DNA from: Atractiella rhizophila
Lineage: Eukaryota
NCBI GenBank assembly: GCA_021432655.1
Contig: MU271238.1
Coordinates: forward strand, 62,001 to 126,000
Reading direction: 5' to 3'
Length of the DNA stretch: 64,000 bases
Positions 37,422 to 50,587 of the stretch are shown here, in pieces (the stretch's first letter is position 1; each line of letters begins with the position of its first letter). Below the pieces are notes generated by a model, which was given only the letters and a program-made list of their open reading frames with translations, did not search any database and was not told the origin of the DNA. The position numbers and the translations under genes were made by a program.

Positions 37422-38393
37422 ATGGACGACGAGGGGCTGCAACTGCCAGGCGTTCGCGAGGAGCAACGAGGTCTACCGCCAGTCGTGCTCACCGCTCCGC
37501 CGTCCGAAAAGCTGAAACGAACCCCGCACGAGGTATTCTGATTGCTCAAACGAATTGTTGCAAACTGACTTAAAACGATGCGCGTTATGGGACGTCGATT
37601 AGAGTGAAGATGCTTCAGATTTAGGACCGGAGTTCAGTGATCCGGTGGCAGGAACACTTAGTATTAGTGAAGTGAAAATTTTGTTGGAGCAGCAGGAACA
37701 ACAGGAGAGGAAAGGTGGTGATACGCGGGTAAGTCCATTTATTGGATCTTTCGGGAGCCATGAGAACTTGTTTTCCTGTGGAACCTTTATGACTATTGCG
37801 TAAGGAAGCAACTCGTCTGCTTTTCAGTAAAGTATGACATGAATGCCACTGCATTACGTACATTATTTTGTCTCTGCTCAAATTTCCTGCAGAAGAGAAG
37901 AAGAATGTCTGAGCTCTCATGATGAAGCTTAGCCGTTGTGATAAGGGCCTAGAGCCTGTGAACCGGTTTGGTTTCGTTGTTTGAGATGTGCTACTCTCCG
38001 TGTTTCCCGCTTTTCTCCCCTGCATGATGTGTTTGAAGTTAATGATTGTTCAAACAGATAAGGCAACAAACGTACGAATACTGCACAGCTTTCGCCCGCT
38101 TCTCATCTCTCCAGTCCATCCGTGAGGTTCGAGAGTGAGTCTCCATCTCCGTTTCCAATTCCCTCTATGTCAACACCTGTTATGTTCCAACGCTGACTTT
38201 GCCCCGGAATCTGATGAATAGCATCCTCAGAAGAGACTCCACACTCACCCAATTCGAGATTGCACAAATCGCCAATCTTTGTCCAGCGGGAGCCGAAGAA
38301 GCAAAAGCTTTGATCCCCACCATGAGAGAGAAGGATGACGATTTATTAGAGGGGATGATGGAGGAAATCAAAGGATTGAGAAAGGTCAATTGA
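37422..38393 (+). CDS. RPB4: RNA polymerase II subunit Rpb4; 4 exons
   Basis: EDASDLGPEF..AGTLSISEVKILLE; QTYEYCTAFARF; LTQFEIAQIANLCPAGAEEAKALIPTM. Confidence 0.93.
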
Positions 38394-38768
38394 TTCAGTC
38401 ACCTTTTCTCTTTCCTCTTGGTGCGGTAAAGGGTGGAGATTTTGAAGAATTGAGTGGATATTCCTGGTTTAGATGGTCGAAGAGAAACGATTGAATAGGG
38501 CATAACGAGGCATTACAATTGTGATTGTAGTCGATTCTACTTCTACAAAGCACTACTGAAAATTAAGTCACCAAAAAATGAGCAATCCCAGACTCCCAAA
38601 ACAACAAAAGAACAGCACTTCCAAACGACTATTGATGCACTTCAGCATACGATGCATTAAACGAACTAAAAGTGTGAACTAAACAGGCTATATGCATTTT
38701 GAATCCTCTCTCTGACTTGGAACCATGAAGCGAGTCCGAAACAACAAACACAATAACGTCAATCTTCT

Positions 38769-41700
38769 CTACTCCGCTGCAAGAAGTTCAGATACCAGCT
38801 CTGAAACGTGCGACATGATACGATCCGCCATTCCTTCTCGCTCGTTATCGACGATCCGTCCCCTTTCGTCCACCTCCCGGTCATCTTCAGTTGTCGTTCC
38901 GTTTGCCCCGTTTGGCTTCTTCGCGGCTTTGTCAGACGTGGGGCTACCTCCCTTTGAGACTTCGATCCACTCCGTGGCGGTACGAATGCCATCGAATCCC
39001 AGACGATCGAGTGTGAGATTGAAGTTCGTCCTCTCCGCTTCTGCATATGCTGATGGCGTGGCAGGACGAGGAGATGGGGATGAAGGAGTGTGCTCGGATA
39101 TCGAGATGCCCAGTCGCTGAATGATGGGCAGTAGAGTGATATTCTCAGATGTTTGCTGATGCTTTTTGATATGATGTCCGAGCTCTTGATGACTATGGGA
39201 TCATCAGACCACCAGCGATAGCATGTGAAGCATGAACGTACTATGAGCCTGTGACATGAGGGTAGCGACCACTGATTTCTTCCAAAAGACCAAAGAGCAT
39301 GATAAGCTCCTTGTCCGTAGTTGCCATATCCAGCAAACACGTCGCGAGTCCAGCAGACAGGCCCATGGCCATAACGTCTCCACTGTCGATCTTACTCAAA
39401 AATGGCCAGTACTCGTAGCCGGGTTCACCAGAGTGAGGATTGTCTCTCGCCCAACTGCAGTAGTCCAGGTTCACAAGCTTGAACAATCTCCGCAAGTGAC
39501 CCATCCTGGTTGCTGAGGGGAATAGAGCAATGAAAAAGCCCAACAGGTGAGGGTGCACGAATGTCGAGAAACCGTCAACTTCATGCTGAAGTGATTTCGA
39601 CAGTACAGACAAGAAATGCCAGAGAAGCTTGAGCGTCCATTCGATCTGGCTTCGAAGTCCTTTGACCAACAGTACTGCAACGGAAAAGGCGAGATCGATG
39701 TTGAAATTGATACCAACAAGTGCGTCCAGCTCTCTCGAGTGGGAGATCTGGTCTGGCGAAACATCCATTGTTGGGCAGAAGCGTTCACGAATGTCGAGGA
39801 GGACGTCGTCTGCTGCTCGCACCTCGAAGTGACCGAATTCGTCCAGTTTCTTCAATGTGGTGAATACAAGCTGAACGGTTGGCGTAAAAACTACTTCACA
39901 ACCAGATTCAAGAATTGACAGGCCCAACCAGAACGTCTTGAACCACTGGATGGAATCGGGCTCGAGACCTCCTATCACTCGGCTCAGACAGTTTAGGATA
40001 CTGGCTGAGAGTGCTCCTTCTCCATAAATCGCAGCGGGCAGGGCCGTCTTTAGGGTCGTAAAGATTTGAAAGATGAGGTCGTCGTCTACCTGTTCCTGAG
40101 CAAGGTGGCCGAGAACGACAAATGCTCGGGTCTGAAGAGCTCGATTAGTTTGAAAGCATGTGCTGGTTACGAGTCCCATCCAACGTGCGCGCCAGCTGTT
40201 AGCAAGATCTTCAAAATCGTCAGCAAAACCTCTAAGTTTGAAAAGCGAGAGATCATACCGGTTGAGATTGCACAATAGTCCATGATCTGGATCAGTGTCG
40301 GTACGATAGATTCCAAATTATGAGCAGCACTGCGAGCTTCGTCCTCCACAGCCACTTCTGAGCCAATGCCGAAGTGATGTTTGAATGCTGGCATTACCAT
40401 GTTATTGAAAACAGCTTGAAACGCTTCGCCATCGATTTCTGGATTCGGTGAAGCTGCCAACGCTTGACAAACATTTAGGAGCAATCCGTGAACTGACCGT
40501 CGAACGGCTTGAGAACCAGTCCCGACCAGCATTGTGATGATGTGGAAGTCTTCAGGAAGCGTAAGCATAGCTTGCATGTGTGTCCCGAAAGACATAGCCA
40601 GCGCCATCCGAACAAGGACTCCGATTTCTGGCCAATCGCGATGTTCTGAGAGAGAGACTATCGGAGTATGTGACGTTTGACTCAGAGTCTGAGTGACGGT
40701 CAGAAAGGTTCATAAAACGTTGGGACTCATACCGCACGCAGCCGATATAGCACTTTTGTTCTCACTGTCAGAGATGCCGAAAACGCGCTCATGGTAGCGA
40801 TAATAGAGTCGGATTTGCTCGAGCCAAGATCATTCGCAGTGGCAGCCTGCATTACTTCTTCAATGACAATTGGCACCAAATAATCGTTCTTTGCGATTGT
40901 GGGCCAAATTTTGCTTTGCATCATTGAGAAGAACTGGTGAAAACGTTGAGCGAGGGACAAAAAGCAATTGAAAGTACACACAGACGCATCGTTCGTGGAT
41001 AACTTCACGCATTGCCGAACGATCTTATGCAGCTTGTTCTGATTGTCCTCGTGCTCTTCCCTCGGTACGTGGCAGAGGTTGGAAAGATTTAAAAGCCACG
41101 GGCGAAGGCAGTGAAGGTAAGCGAGAAGCTGTGAGACAGGTACAGTGTGTGCAATCTCAAAAAATTCCAGCAGGTAGCTGAACGTGAAGTGTGGCAATCC
41201 TGCAGCCAGCTTCTCGCTAACTCCGGTGATGAGGGGAATCGGAGATGGCGGTATGTACAAGTCTGCCCTTGATATATCAGAAAAGTCGCAGTGTATATGT
41301 TGACATACCTGGACAGCCCATAAGGTGAGGTGTATCCTCGCAAGGATACGTTTGCGCGAAGGAGGAAAGTAGGTTGTAAGCGTTGACTCTCAGCTCCGCA
41401 TCGTCACTACACAGATTGAGCAGCGCAGCATTAAGTAATGCTCCAGGGACATCCTGTGGATGCAGGTTCCGATATATCTGCGCTGGATGATTCTGATGAT
41501 GAACCCGTAAACGCGCCATATTGAGAGCCTGGCTTCATGGATTAGGGAGTAAGAAGAAGAAGCTTCGGCGCACCTCTACAACAACGTCTCTATCTCGCCG
41601 AACGACAAATTTATAGAGTTCAGGTTGATTTTCCAATTTTATCCAGAACCCAAGATCTCCTTCAGGATAAGTCACAGTACGGGCATCCTCGACAGCAGCA

Positions 41701-44700
41701 ATATCGATGATGTCGTTGATAATGGCCTTCCTGTCAGTACCGGGGAAATCCTGCTTCTTCGCCTGCAGGAGAATAAGAAATGGCCCATGGATTGAAAAAA
41801 ACACACAGAGCTTATCATGATTGTTTCTGTGCCAATTTTGAATACGACTGGAACTTGGAACTTGTGCTGATGAAGACGAGTGATGGCGGTGAAACTCCTG
41901 CGTTCTTCCGTCGCAACATTTGCTAACATGTATATCAAGCAGAGCATTACGAGTGTAGAGAAAAATCGTACTCGTCGCCTTCGGAAGAAAGGATGAAGCG
42001 TTGGGGTGGTACTGCTTGAGTTCTGGCAACGACGACAGCAGAACCAGTAGGCGCGTTTCAAAATCACGTCCTAAATCAAAAGTCACGAAGGTGACGCTGG
42101 GATGACAACACGTACCCCAGAGAATTTTCACCACGCGGGTCAGGTAAGCTTTCAAGAAATTGTTGGGATTGTAGACGGATATGCGTGTTATGTTCTGAAC
42201 CGCGGTAGCGGATAAAAGAAATACAAGCTCCTTGACCCATTGGAGAGGCGGCTCATTCCATGGCTCAAACCGGGTGCAATCAATAAGCAGTTCTATCGGT
42301 TCAACCGCGTTTGTAACGATCTAGATTCCCCTTTCAGCCGATCACATACAAGGGTACTGAATCCGTACTGTTAGTAAATAGTACATGAGAGCTTCGAGAT
42401 CTGCTGTTTCTCCTCTGATTTTGTTGACGAGGATGTAATACGTTGGGCGAGAGTCCTACTCGATCCATCAGCTGAGACGAGGCGAGATCACAGTACTCGC
42501 CTTGCTCATTCCACCTTGAATAACAACCTCCTTACACCACTCGATGTCGAACGATGACTTTGCTGCATTTCGCGCCATGAAAGCGTGATAGGCGCCAAAA
42601 GCGTCACCTTCCCAACCGCCCTCGCTGCTCTCAGGAGGGGCTAGGGAACTGATAATGCTTGTAATAGCCTCCCAAGTTGTTCGCGGATTGCCAGTGTGTT
42701 CCGAACCATCGTGCCACTTTCGCGGGCGACGATCGTTCCCTTTCAGGAGCAGCTGCGCACCGATTTTGTCCATATGCTGAAAGAGAAAAGAATGAAGGAT
42801 TAGGCGATCGTTCTCGTCCAGCGCATCCGGTACATGGAAACCGGAAAGCATGTAGGGATGGTAATCGATTTCTTTGCTGAAATCGTAATCCATCTAAGGC
42901 GTCATTTAGTACACATTCACCAAGTTCAAGTGACATACAGAGATCTGCTTAAGAAATGTTGTCATATGGATGATATTGGCTGTCATAAATTGATTCATGA
43001 CCTTCATGACCGGTTCCTTTGCGCCAAAACGAATGTTATTTGACAGTGCTTGAATAACTTTGGTGACCATCAAGAGCCCACGGCGAACATTCGGACGATC
43101 GGGCGGTAGGTCGAGATCGATTGTTTCAGGGGAAACGATTGCTGGGTTCATGAATCGAAGGAAGAAGAAGCCACCAACGGCCGTGAAGACGGAATCTGGG
43201 AATTTTTCTTGCACAACGATTTGGATATGATGGCATATTTCTCGAATCTCTCTGCGCATCATAATTCTCATCAACTTCCACCAGACGCTGACATAGACCT
43301 TACATTGGGACTTTGCGCCATGTGCGGAAGATCTTTCCGATAAATTGTCCCGTAACGTCCTCCAAGTTGATCCGATTCTCTTCATTCGCGGCAGAATCTG
43401 CTGACGTCCCAATGTCGAAGTCCAGGGTGAACGATGACGGTTTCTTGCACAACATTAAGATCAGGTCTTGCAATGTGAATCGAAGATAATCGTATCCTCG
43501 AGCGCGGGCGAAGCTGGTCAAAAGTTTGGTGGCGAAGCTGTTTCCTCGGAACAATGTGGCCTCATGATCTACTGGCAATGAGCGAGCTTCTCATGTCATA
43601 CTCACGCATACCTGTTTCCATTATCTCCTTCTCAATGACGCCTTTGAGCAGTTTCTTAATCCCTTGCCGAGACTCGAACAAATTGAGCAGCACATCGGCT
43701 AAAAGTCTTTGAGCAGAGAAGATGAAAAGCAGCAGAAGACGAACTCATTTCATCAACATTCTCCGTAATGCAGACCTCACACATGGCCATGGCCAAAGTT
43801 TGGTCGGGTTCGCAGATCAACTAATAGAATGTTAGTTGCGTCATAATTGAGGAGAGGTAGAGTTCACATCTCCTAAGCGCTTGAAGCAATCGTCCACAGG
43901 CACTTCTTTGATGTTTTCGAAGGTGGTTCCTTGCTCGAGGACAATGGACAGTACACGTAGATTCGCTCGTCTGGTGGAGAGATCGTCTGAATGGCTGAGC
44001 TCGAGTATGCGTTTGTATGCAGGATCAGGGTTCGCATTGATCAGACGAGCGAGCGCTATGATGCTCGTGTTTCTGATTTCGTCAAGATCCTTCAAAATGT
44101 CGCGTTTCTACAACCGTTGGTAACGCTATAGCTCCATCAGAAAGAACATACCTTGCTCGATTCTGCGCTGACAGGCTTAAGCTTTTCAGCTGCTGCAGCT
44201 TGCTTCCCAATATCCTGATAGACCTTTGAGTAAATGAGCATATGAGCGGGAACGATATTTACCTCCCAGGCGGAGACCAAATGCAGACCGTGTTTAAGGT
44301 ATTCGAACTGCTTCGAGAAAAGTCGATGGTCCGTTCGAGGTTCGATATCAGGATGTATATCGTCGCCTGATTGGATGACTAGACCGTTCAATAGGATGGA
44401 TACAACGCTCAGACAGACAACCGTCAGATCGCGATGTAAACGGAACAACTGGTAATCTTCATCTTGAATTGGCCAAATTGGAAACTGTTCCTCGAAATAA
44501 GCCTTAGAACTGGAAAGCAAGTATAAACATACAACAGTCCAGTCTTGTGCCCAAGACGCAATGTTCTCCAGCACCCGACATCTGAACTCTGGGCTTTGGC
44601 CGACCTGAATTTGATCGGTTTTCTTCAAGATAATCTCGCATAATTGACAGAGCTGAAGTTTCATTTGGAGCGCTTGCTGTCCGGTTCCTATCCTTTGCAT

Positions 44701-47700
44701 ATAGCTGGAGAAGGAGATCAAGAGTTCCTCAGCATCGTTCGCAGCTTCCTCCTCTACCGGTTGCGTCAAACGCTCGAACATCAACTGTGATTCAATAACC
44801 TCGCTCAACATGAAATTTCCGGTTCGACAGAGAGAAAATGTTCACCTTAAACATGCCCACGGCCTGTTCGACAAATTCTGTATACGGTTCAGCGACGGTA
44901 GGCAGACGGGTATGGCGATCGAAGAAGTGTGAGACGATGCCGCGAAGGCCTGTGAAGAGGAGAGGGAAGAGTTGAGGGGCAAGTTCTGATCCCATCGCGT
45001 CTTTGACCGCCTCTCTGACCCTGGTATCATCGGCCACAAGGAGGTCGACCATCGTATGAAGGAACTTGTTGACGTCGTCAATACGATCTGTATCTCGATA
45101 AAATCGTTCCTGCAACAGCGGCGGCGGCGCCATTTCCGCCAAACTACGGATACTGAACGCCGATTCATGATTACAGAGGCCACAGAGGACCATGAGGAAG
45201 GATGTGAGGTGACTCCATTCAAAGATCTTCTCCTGTTCATCCTCTCAGTCTTGGTATGGATAACAAAGAGAGGTTACGCACATCATACGTCGCGTCTTGG
45301 TACAATTGCAGCTCGCTATCGTCGTCCACCGAGTCCGCCAAGTCTTGGCCAATGGCAGCGGAGAGCAACTTCCATCGACGGAACGCTTCGTCCCAAGCAG
45401 TTAGAAGGGAGAGACTAGGTTTCTCAATGCCTCTCAAGAATTTACGAAACCTCTTTTGCTGGGAGTTGCGTGCATTGATCGGTGCTAGACGGCCGCCGTT
45501 CAGCTATTTTTTCGAATCAAAAGGGGATATACTCACTGCTGGTATCGTCGAGGAAGGTAACGTCGCTATGAGCGAAGAAGCTGGTCATGTTTCCGGTCGG
45601 AGCAGCATGTTCCATTGCGCCAGGCAGTTCCTTGAACATCCTATGGATCCTGAGTAAAGTCTGTCCCATCTTCCTTGCGAGGTTCCAATTATCGACGTCG
45701 ATCGTACAAAGACCCATCAGGACTGCAACCTCAGTGATAACCCAAGGTGCAGCGAGATGTTCAGCGGCGATGTTTCCAGACGATGGGGGTTTGCTGAACG
45801 CTTCCGCGAGAGCGACGTGTCCCATGTCATATTCGTTCTGGAGGAGCTTGAGCCCGTATCGCTCATCCTCAATGTTCCCTCTAGCCTGCAACAAGAGTCG
45901 ACAGGCGCACACTGCTCGGAAAGGTCTACACCAAATCCAATCCGAGTCAAATGACGGCAGTGGCTGACAGCTAGGGGGTGGACGACGTACGCGGTGTGAA
46001 CGAGAATACCATGAGGATCATTATAATACCTTTTATCCAAATCGGCCGTCCACACTTCTTCCAACCTCAACATAGTCGTCGATGCTTTCCGTCTCAGCTC
46101 GCGATGGTTCAGTTCGTCCGTCACGCTCAAGAAGGCGATAATGAACCAACTCGTGTCCATCACATCCAATTCACCCGCCAAAAGTCGTTCGCGCAGCGTG
46201 GCAATGTTCAGTATCGACTGGTCAACATAGTCTGGTTTAGCTTCTGCTGGGCGACCTCGCCAGAAGATCAGCTTTGGATTCTGGTTCATCAGATCGAGGA
46301 TAGAGAGTAAAATCTCGGTACGGATCTCTTCAGGCATGGCAGAGGAGATGGAACGATTATGATTGATCGCGTCTTGCTGTACCGCCGTTTCCTGTTCCCC
46401 ATCCGGTATCAGAACCCGAAATCCAAGCCCTCTCCTGAAACAGTATAATAGGGGAATGGCAGAGGAAGACGTACGAGGAAGAGCATTCTGAGTGGGAGGG
46501 CGATGAGAGGATACATGGATTCCAGAGTAGGGCTCCATCGACTTGCGTTTTCCTGCGCCTTGATCCAACTGCATCCACGGATCGCCGCCAACTTGTAATC
46601 TATCGGACACCGAGGGGTGAAGCATGCTTCCACCACGTCTTTCAAGTCGGTCTCCAGCATCCTGAGCGAGAGGATGGAGGCAAAGGCGTCAGTGAGGACG
46701 GAGACGGGGACGACGATGTCTGCGTCTGCAGTGCTTCGGAACAGCTTCGTCTGTCCCTCTCACTGTCAGCGGAGGGCCAACGATGGGGAGGGAAGGAAGG
46801 GGACGTACGACGATCTCGCTCACGAAATCTCCCACCAGCATCCTGAGGGACGAAGACACATCGGTGTAAGTAGCGGCGCGACAAAAGTCCACCAAACAGG
46901 TCGTAGCGAGGTCTGCCGTCTTTGTGCTCTTCAAATACTTTCGCAGAGCGTCCATAAAACTAGCGGCCGTCTAAAAACGCGTCCATCCCATCCACCAAAT
47001 CAGCATCCCACTCTCCAAGGAAGAAGAGAGGCACTGACCTTCTTCACAGTTCCCTGTCCCCTGACAGGACCCATCGCGTCTTGCTCCACCACCTTGCCTA
47101 CGAGATCTGGACAACAAACCAAGAGCATACTCATGACAGGCCAAACGCCCACTCTCCTCTTCTGACTCTCCGCAATGCCAGCACAAATGTCGAAAATGAT
47201 TTCGGCACTCTTCAAATTTCCCTCCTTCTCCCCCCTCCGTCCTCCATCGCGGGAATAAAGGCTCGAAAAATCGCTCGGAAAGTTCTCGACGTACGACCAT
47301 ATCGATTTCCTCAAGATGAGGATCAAGGCTCCCTGAGTCCTCGACCGAAAGTGCACGAAATGGTTCGTCAACTCCCTCAGGATTTCCGAAAGCCTCGACC
47401 TATTCAACGTCGCACATTCGAGCAACCTCAACTCTCCCAAATCCGAAACAGAGAGCAAATCCTTGCTCCCACTCCCCTTCCCGCTTCCCGTACTGGTCGT
47501 CGGACTCGCCATTTCCCTGTTCGCTCTCTCCATCCCGTCCTCCGCGAATCCAACGAACCGGTTTCGGAGCGTCATGAACACAATCTTCCAATTCGCGGCC
47601 GACACATAATTGATCACCCGTCCCATATCCCTCTGAATCTCCAACAGGAGCGCGTTCAGACTGACCTCGTCGATGGAGGCGTTCGAGATGTTGATCTTCT

Positions 47701-49017
47701 GATTCGCAGTGGATGAGGAGGAGCCGAGCAGGGAACGCCAGTTTTCGTATTCGGCGTATTGGCGTAAGAGGATGCAAGCTATGTGCACGATCCGTTTCGC
47801 CAGATCGGTGTCGAGCGGCGGGGGATCGACCCAGTCTCGTCGTAATGGATGGGGAGAGGAGGAGGAGGGATGAGAGTTTGAGGTGGAGGTGCTGTTTTTT
47901 GAGGGTTGGTGAGCGGCCCAGGAGGAGAAGAGGACGGAGGAGAGGACAGAGAAGAGGATCTGTTGGGAGTAGAGGAGGGGGAGGTCGGGGAGGATGGGTG
48001 CGTTCGGCGAGTGTCGCTGTTCCAGCACGCGAATCAGCATCTCTAATTTCCTTCAAATCTCCTTCTCAAGCATCATGTCATGCATCGTGAGTAAGAAAAA
48101 GCCTTCAGAATGAAGAACCATCTCCGCAAAAAGGGTACCTTCGAAGCACACTCGCCATAAAAAGCCCAAGAAAGAAAAAAAAATGGTTTACACACCTTCC
48201 CAACCCCCGCCGCACCCTCCAAAGAATCCACGAGCCCTCTCACGACTCTCTCCAACGCCGCGCCGACGGCACCCATCGCGGCCTCCCTCTCCCTATTCCT
48301 CTCCGCATAATGTACCAAGCTCTCCCTAGTCTGTTTCAAGATCGGGTCCTCACCCGCCGGACTGACGCGACCTCCCGAAAAGTGGTGCCATCTCCTGGAA
48401 GACGGGGGGTACGAATTGGAGTTGTGGTTGAGGGGCAGACGGGAGTGGAGACGTTGGAGGAGGGAGGACAGGAGGCGATCTTCGCGCTCCGTTCGATCCG
48501 TCCCTCCTCCTCCTCCTCCTGCTGTCGTGGGATGGTTCGTCGGCGGAGAGGGAAGGTCGAGGGAATCCAGATCGACGTCCCGCTCCGCTTCCCTCTCCCT
48601 ACCCCCCGCCCGCGGTCTGCCTCCGGTGGAAGCGAGGTGTGCGGACGCGGAAGAAGCGAAGGCGACAGCCGCGCTCTCTTCTCTCTTATGTTTGCCCGTC
48701 ACCCCTCCCCCGGAAGAAGAAGAAACATTCGCACCACCCTGTCCGCGCGACTGCGATTGAGAATGAGAATGCGATTGCGATTGAGTTTGAGATTGGGACT
48801 GGGACTGGGATTGGGCGGCAGAGTTGAGGGAGCGACGAGAGGTCCAGTTGGTGCGGAGGTTGGGGAATAGCGAGCGCTTCGATCCCTGGTTCGCCTCCTT
48901 CTCCTTCTCCTTTTCCCTCTCCCTGTCCCTGTCTCTGTCACGATCGCCCTGAGAGTGGGAGGAGTGGGAGGCTGACTGTTTGAGCAGACGGGAAGAGTCG
49001 CGGTGGAGGTCTGGCAT
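38769..49017 (-). CDS. IRA2: Neurofibromin/Ira-type Ras GTPase-activating protein (RasGAP, Sec14-like and PH-like domains, helical flanks); many exons
   Basis: Arginine finger TLFRGNSFATKLL; GGFFFLRFMNPAIVSP; RRGLLMVTKVIQALSN; KEPVM; Sec14-like ELLIDCTRF; DVPGALLNAALLNLCSDDAELRVNAYNLL; LQTRAFVVLG; N-terminal YVSAANW...ELRLLE. Reconstructed stop at 38769-38771. Confidence 0.93.
48753..48815 (-). repeat. Coding hexanucleotide microsatellite giving an (SQ)n/(SH)n tract in the RasGAP N-terminus
   Basis: Encodes QSQSQSQTQSQSHSHSQSQS; an RD/EK low-complexity tract lies nearby at about 48895-48945. Confidence 0.7.
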
Positions 49018-49325
49018 GTCCACTTGCTACTTCTCCTACTTCACAGGCTGATGTGAGAGTATTGCTGAGTGGAGGCAGAGTAGGGACTGGTTGATGTGGG
49101 GATAAGACAGTGAAAGGGGGATGTCGTGTGTGAGGGAGAGGCTGAGCTGAGAAGGCAGGGTTGGTCGAAACACGAAGAAAAACTGGAATGATCGGGGAAC
49201 TTCTCTTCCAAATACTGGCAACCCATCAGGTCTTCTCTTCTCTGACGGTGGACCAATGTCTTTTCACTGAAAATATAAATGGAGAGGTATTATAAAAACG
49301 GCAGTAATAAAGCTACAAAAATCCA

Positions 49326-50377
49326 TCACGAAGGCGGCGTTGTTGTTGTCGACGACGCCTCCTTCGCTGCAGAGAGCCCACTAACATCCACCTCCGCCTC
49401 GATCCTCTCCCTCGCCCTCCACACCTTCGACTGCAAATAAAAGCTGCCCTGTCCGCCCTTCGCGCCCTTCGTCCCCTTCCCAGCCACCGCAGCGGCCGCC
49501 TTCTCCAGCGGCGGCGCATTCGTCGCGAAATACATCTCGTAGTTCTTCGCCATCCGCTCCAGCTCCACATTCCACTCCTCGATCGCGTTCGCCGGCGCCG
49601 TCGACCGGAATTGCTTGTCGAGGCCGCGCGAGATGATCTGCGAACGCACGTTCAGGATTTGGCAGGCTTCGTCTAGTGTCATGAGGTGGTGTCGAGTGAG
49701 AGGGGAGGCGGAGGAGAAGGAGGTCGAGGAAGTTGAAGCGCCGCCTGCTGAGGCGTCTGTGAATCATTTTGCGATGTCAGCATTATACTTTGAGGTCTGA
49801 TATCATCTGGTATTGTAGGGAAAGCAACCACTCCAAAAGCAATCCACCCTCCATAGATCAATTCAAGAAGTGATCCTGTCACTCCACATTAATGTGCGAT
49901 CTGAGAGATGGACATCCTTGCCCTCTTGAAGTAGATATGATTATGAACCACTCCTACTTAGGGAGATTCTACTCCAGGAATGATACTCCATGAGCAAAGA
50001 GCGAGGGTATTGAGTTATCATCCACTCTCTGCCATATGCCCACAGCGTATTCTCCCTCTTCCTCTAATTCACAACACGGTCACATCCTTCCCTCACACAC
50101 CCCACCCACAGAAACCCACCAGCAACCCACGATAAGAAACGAGAAACGAGAAAGAAATAAGAAACGAGAATGAAATAAGACACAAGAAAGGAGAAAGACG
50201 CACTCCTAACGGCCTGCTTCCCAGCCTCAGCAAACGCCTTCCCGACGATGGTCAGTCCGACCCAGACGAGCTGGGTGATGATCCGTGGTGCCGACTATGC
50301 ACGACACACGGCAGCAGCGAGAGCGAAGCACGACGTAAATGTCACCCATTGCCTGCATGGGAGAGAGTGCGTACCAT
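49326..50377 (-). CDS. PAM16: Mitochondrial import motor subunit Pam16/Tim16; 3 exons, the first being only the ATG
   Basis: ATG|GTACGC; exon 2 SAPRIITQLVWVGLTIVGKAFAEAGKQA; exon 3 MTLDEACQILNV...GSFYLQSKVWRARERIEAE. Confidence 0.93.
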
Positions 50378-50587
50378 GGTTATTGGAAAGGGTGGAATGA
50401 ATAAAGGAGAAGGACAGGAGGAAAGGGAATATCTCGATAGCGGAGTGAGAAATTCGTCGTTTTGCCACTCACTACGTTTGTCAATGCCAGACTAAAGGAG
50501 TATTAACCACTTAGTCATCTCCATCTCATTATCACCCAATCTATCGATCTATCGTGGCAGCATCTTTGGATAATACAGTATATCACC

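Noticed and set aside
47081..48870. Long plus-strand and alternative-frame ORFs (e.g. 47081..47716, 47400..48056, 48310..48870)
   Set aside because: Shadow ORFs of GC-rich RasGAP exons, low complexity and without motifs.
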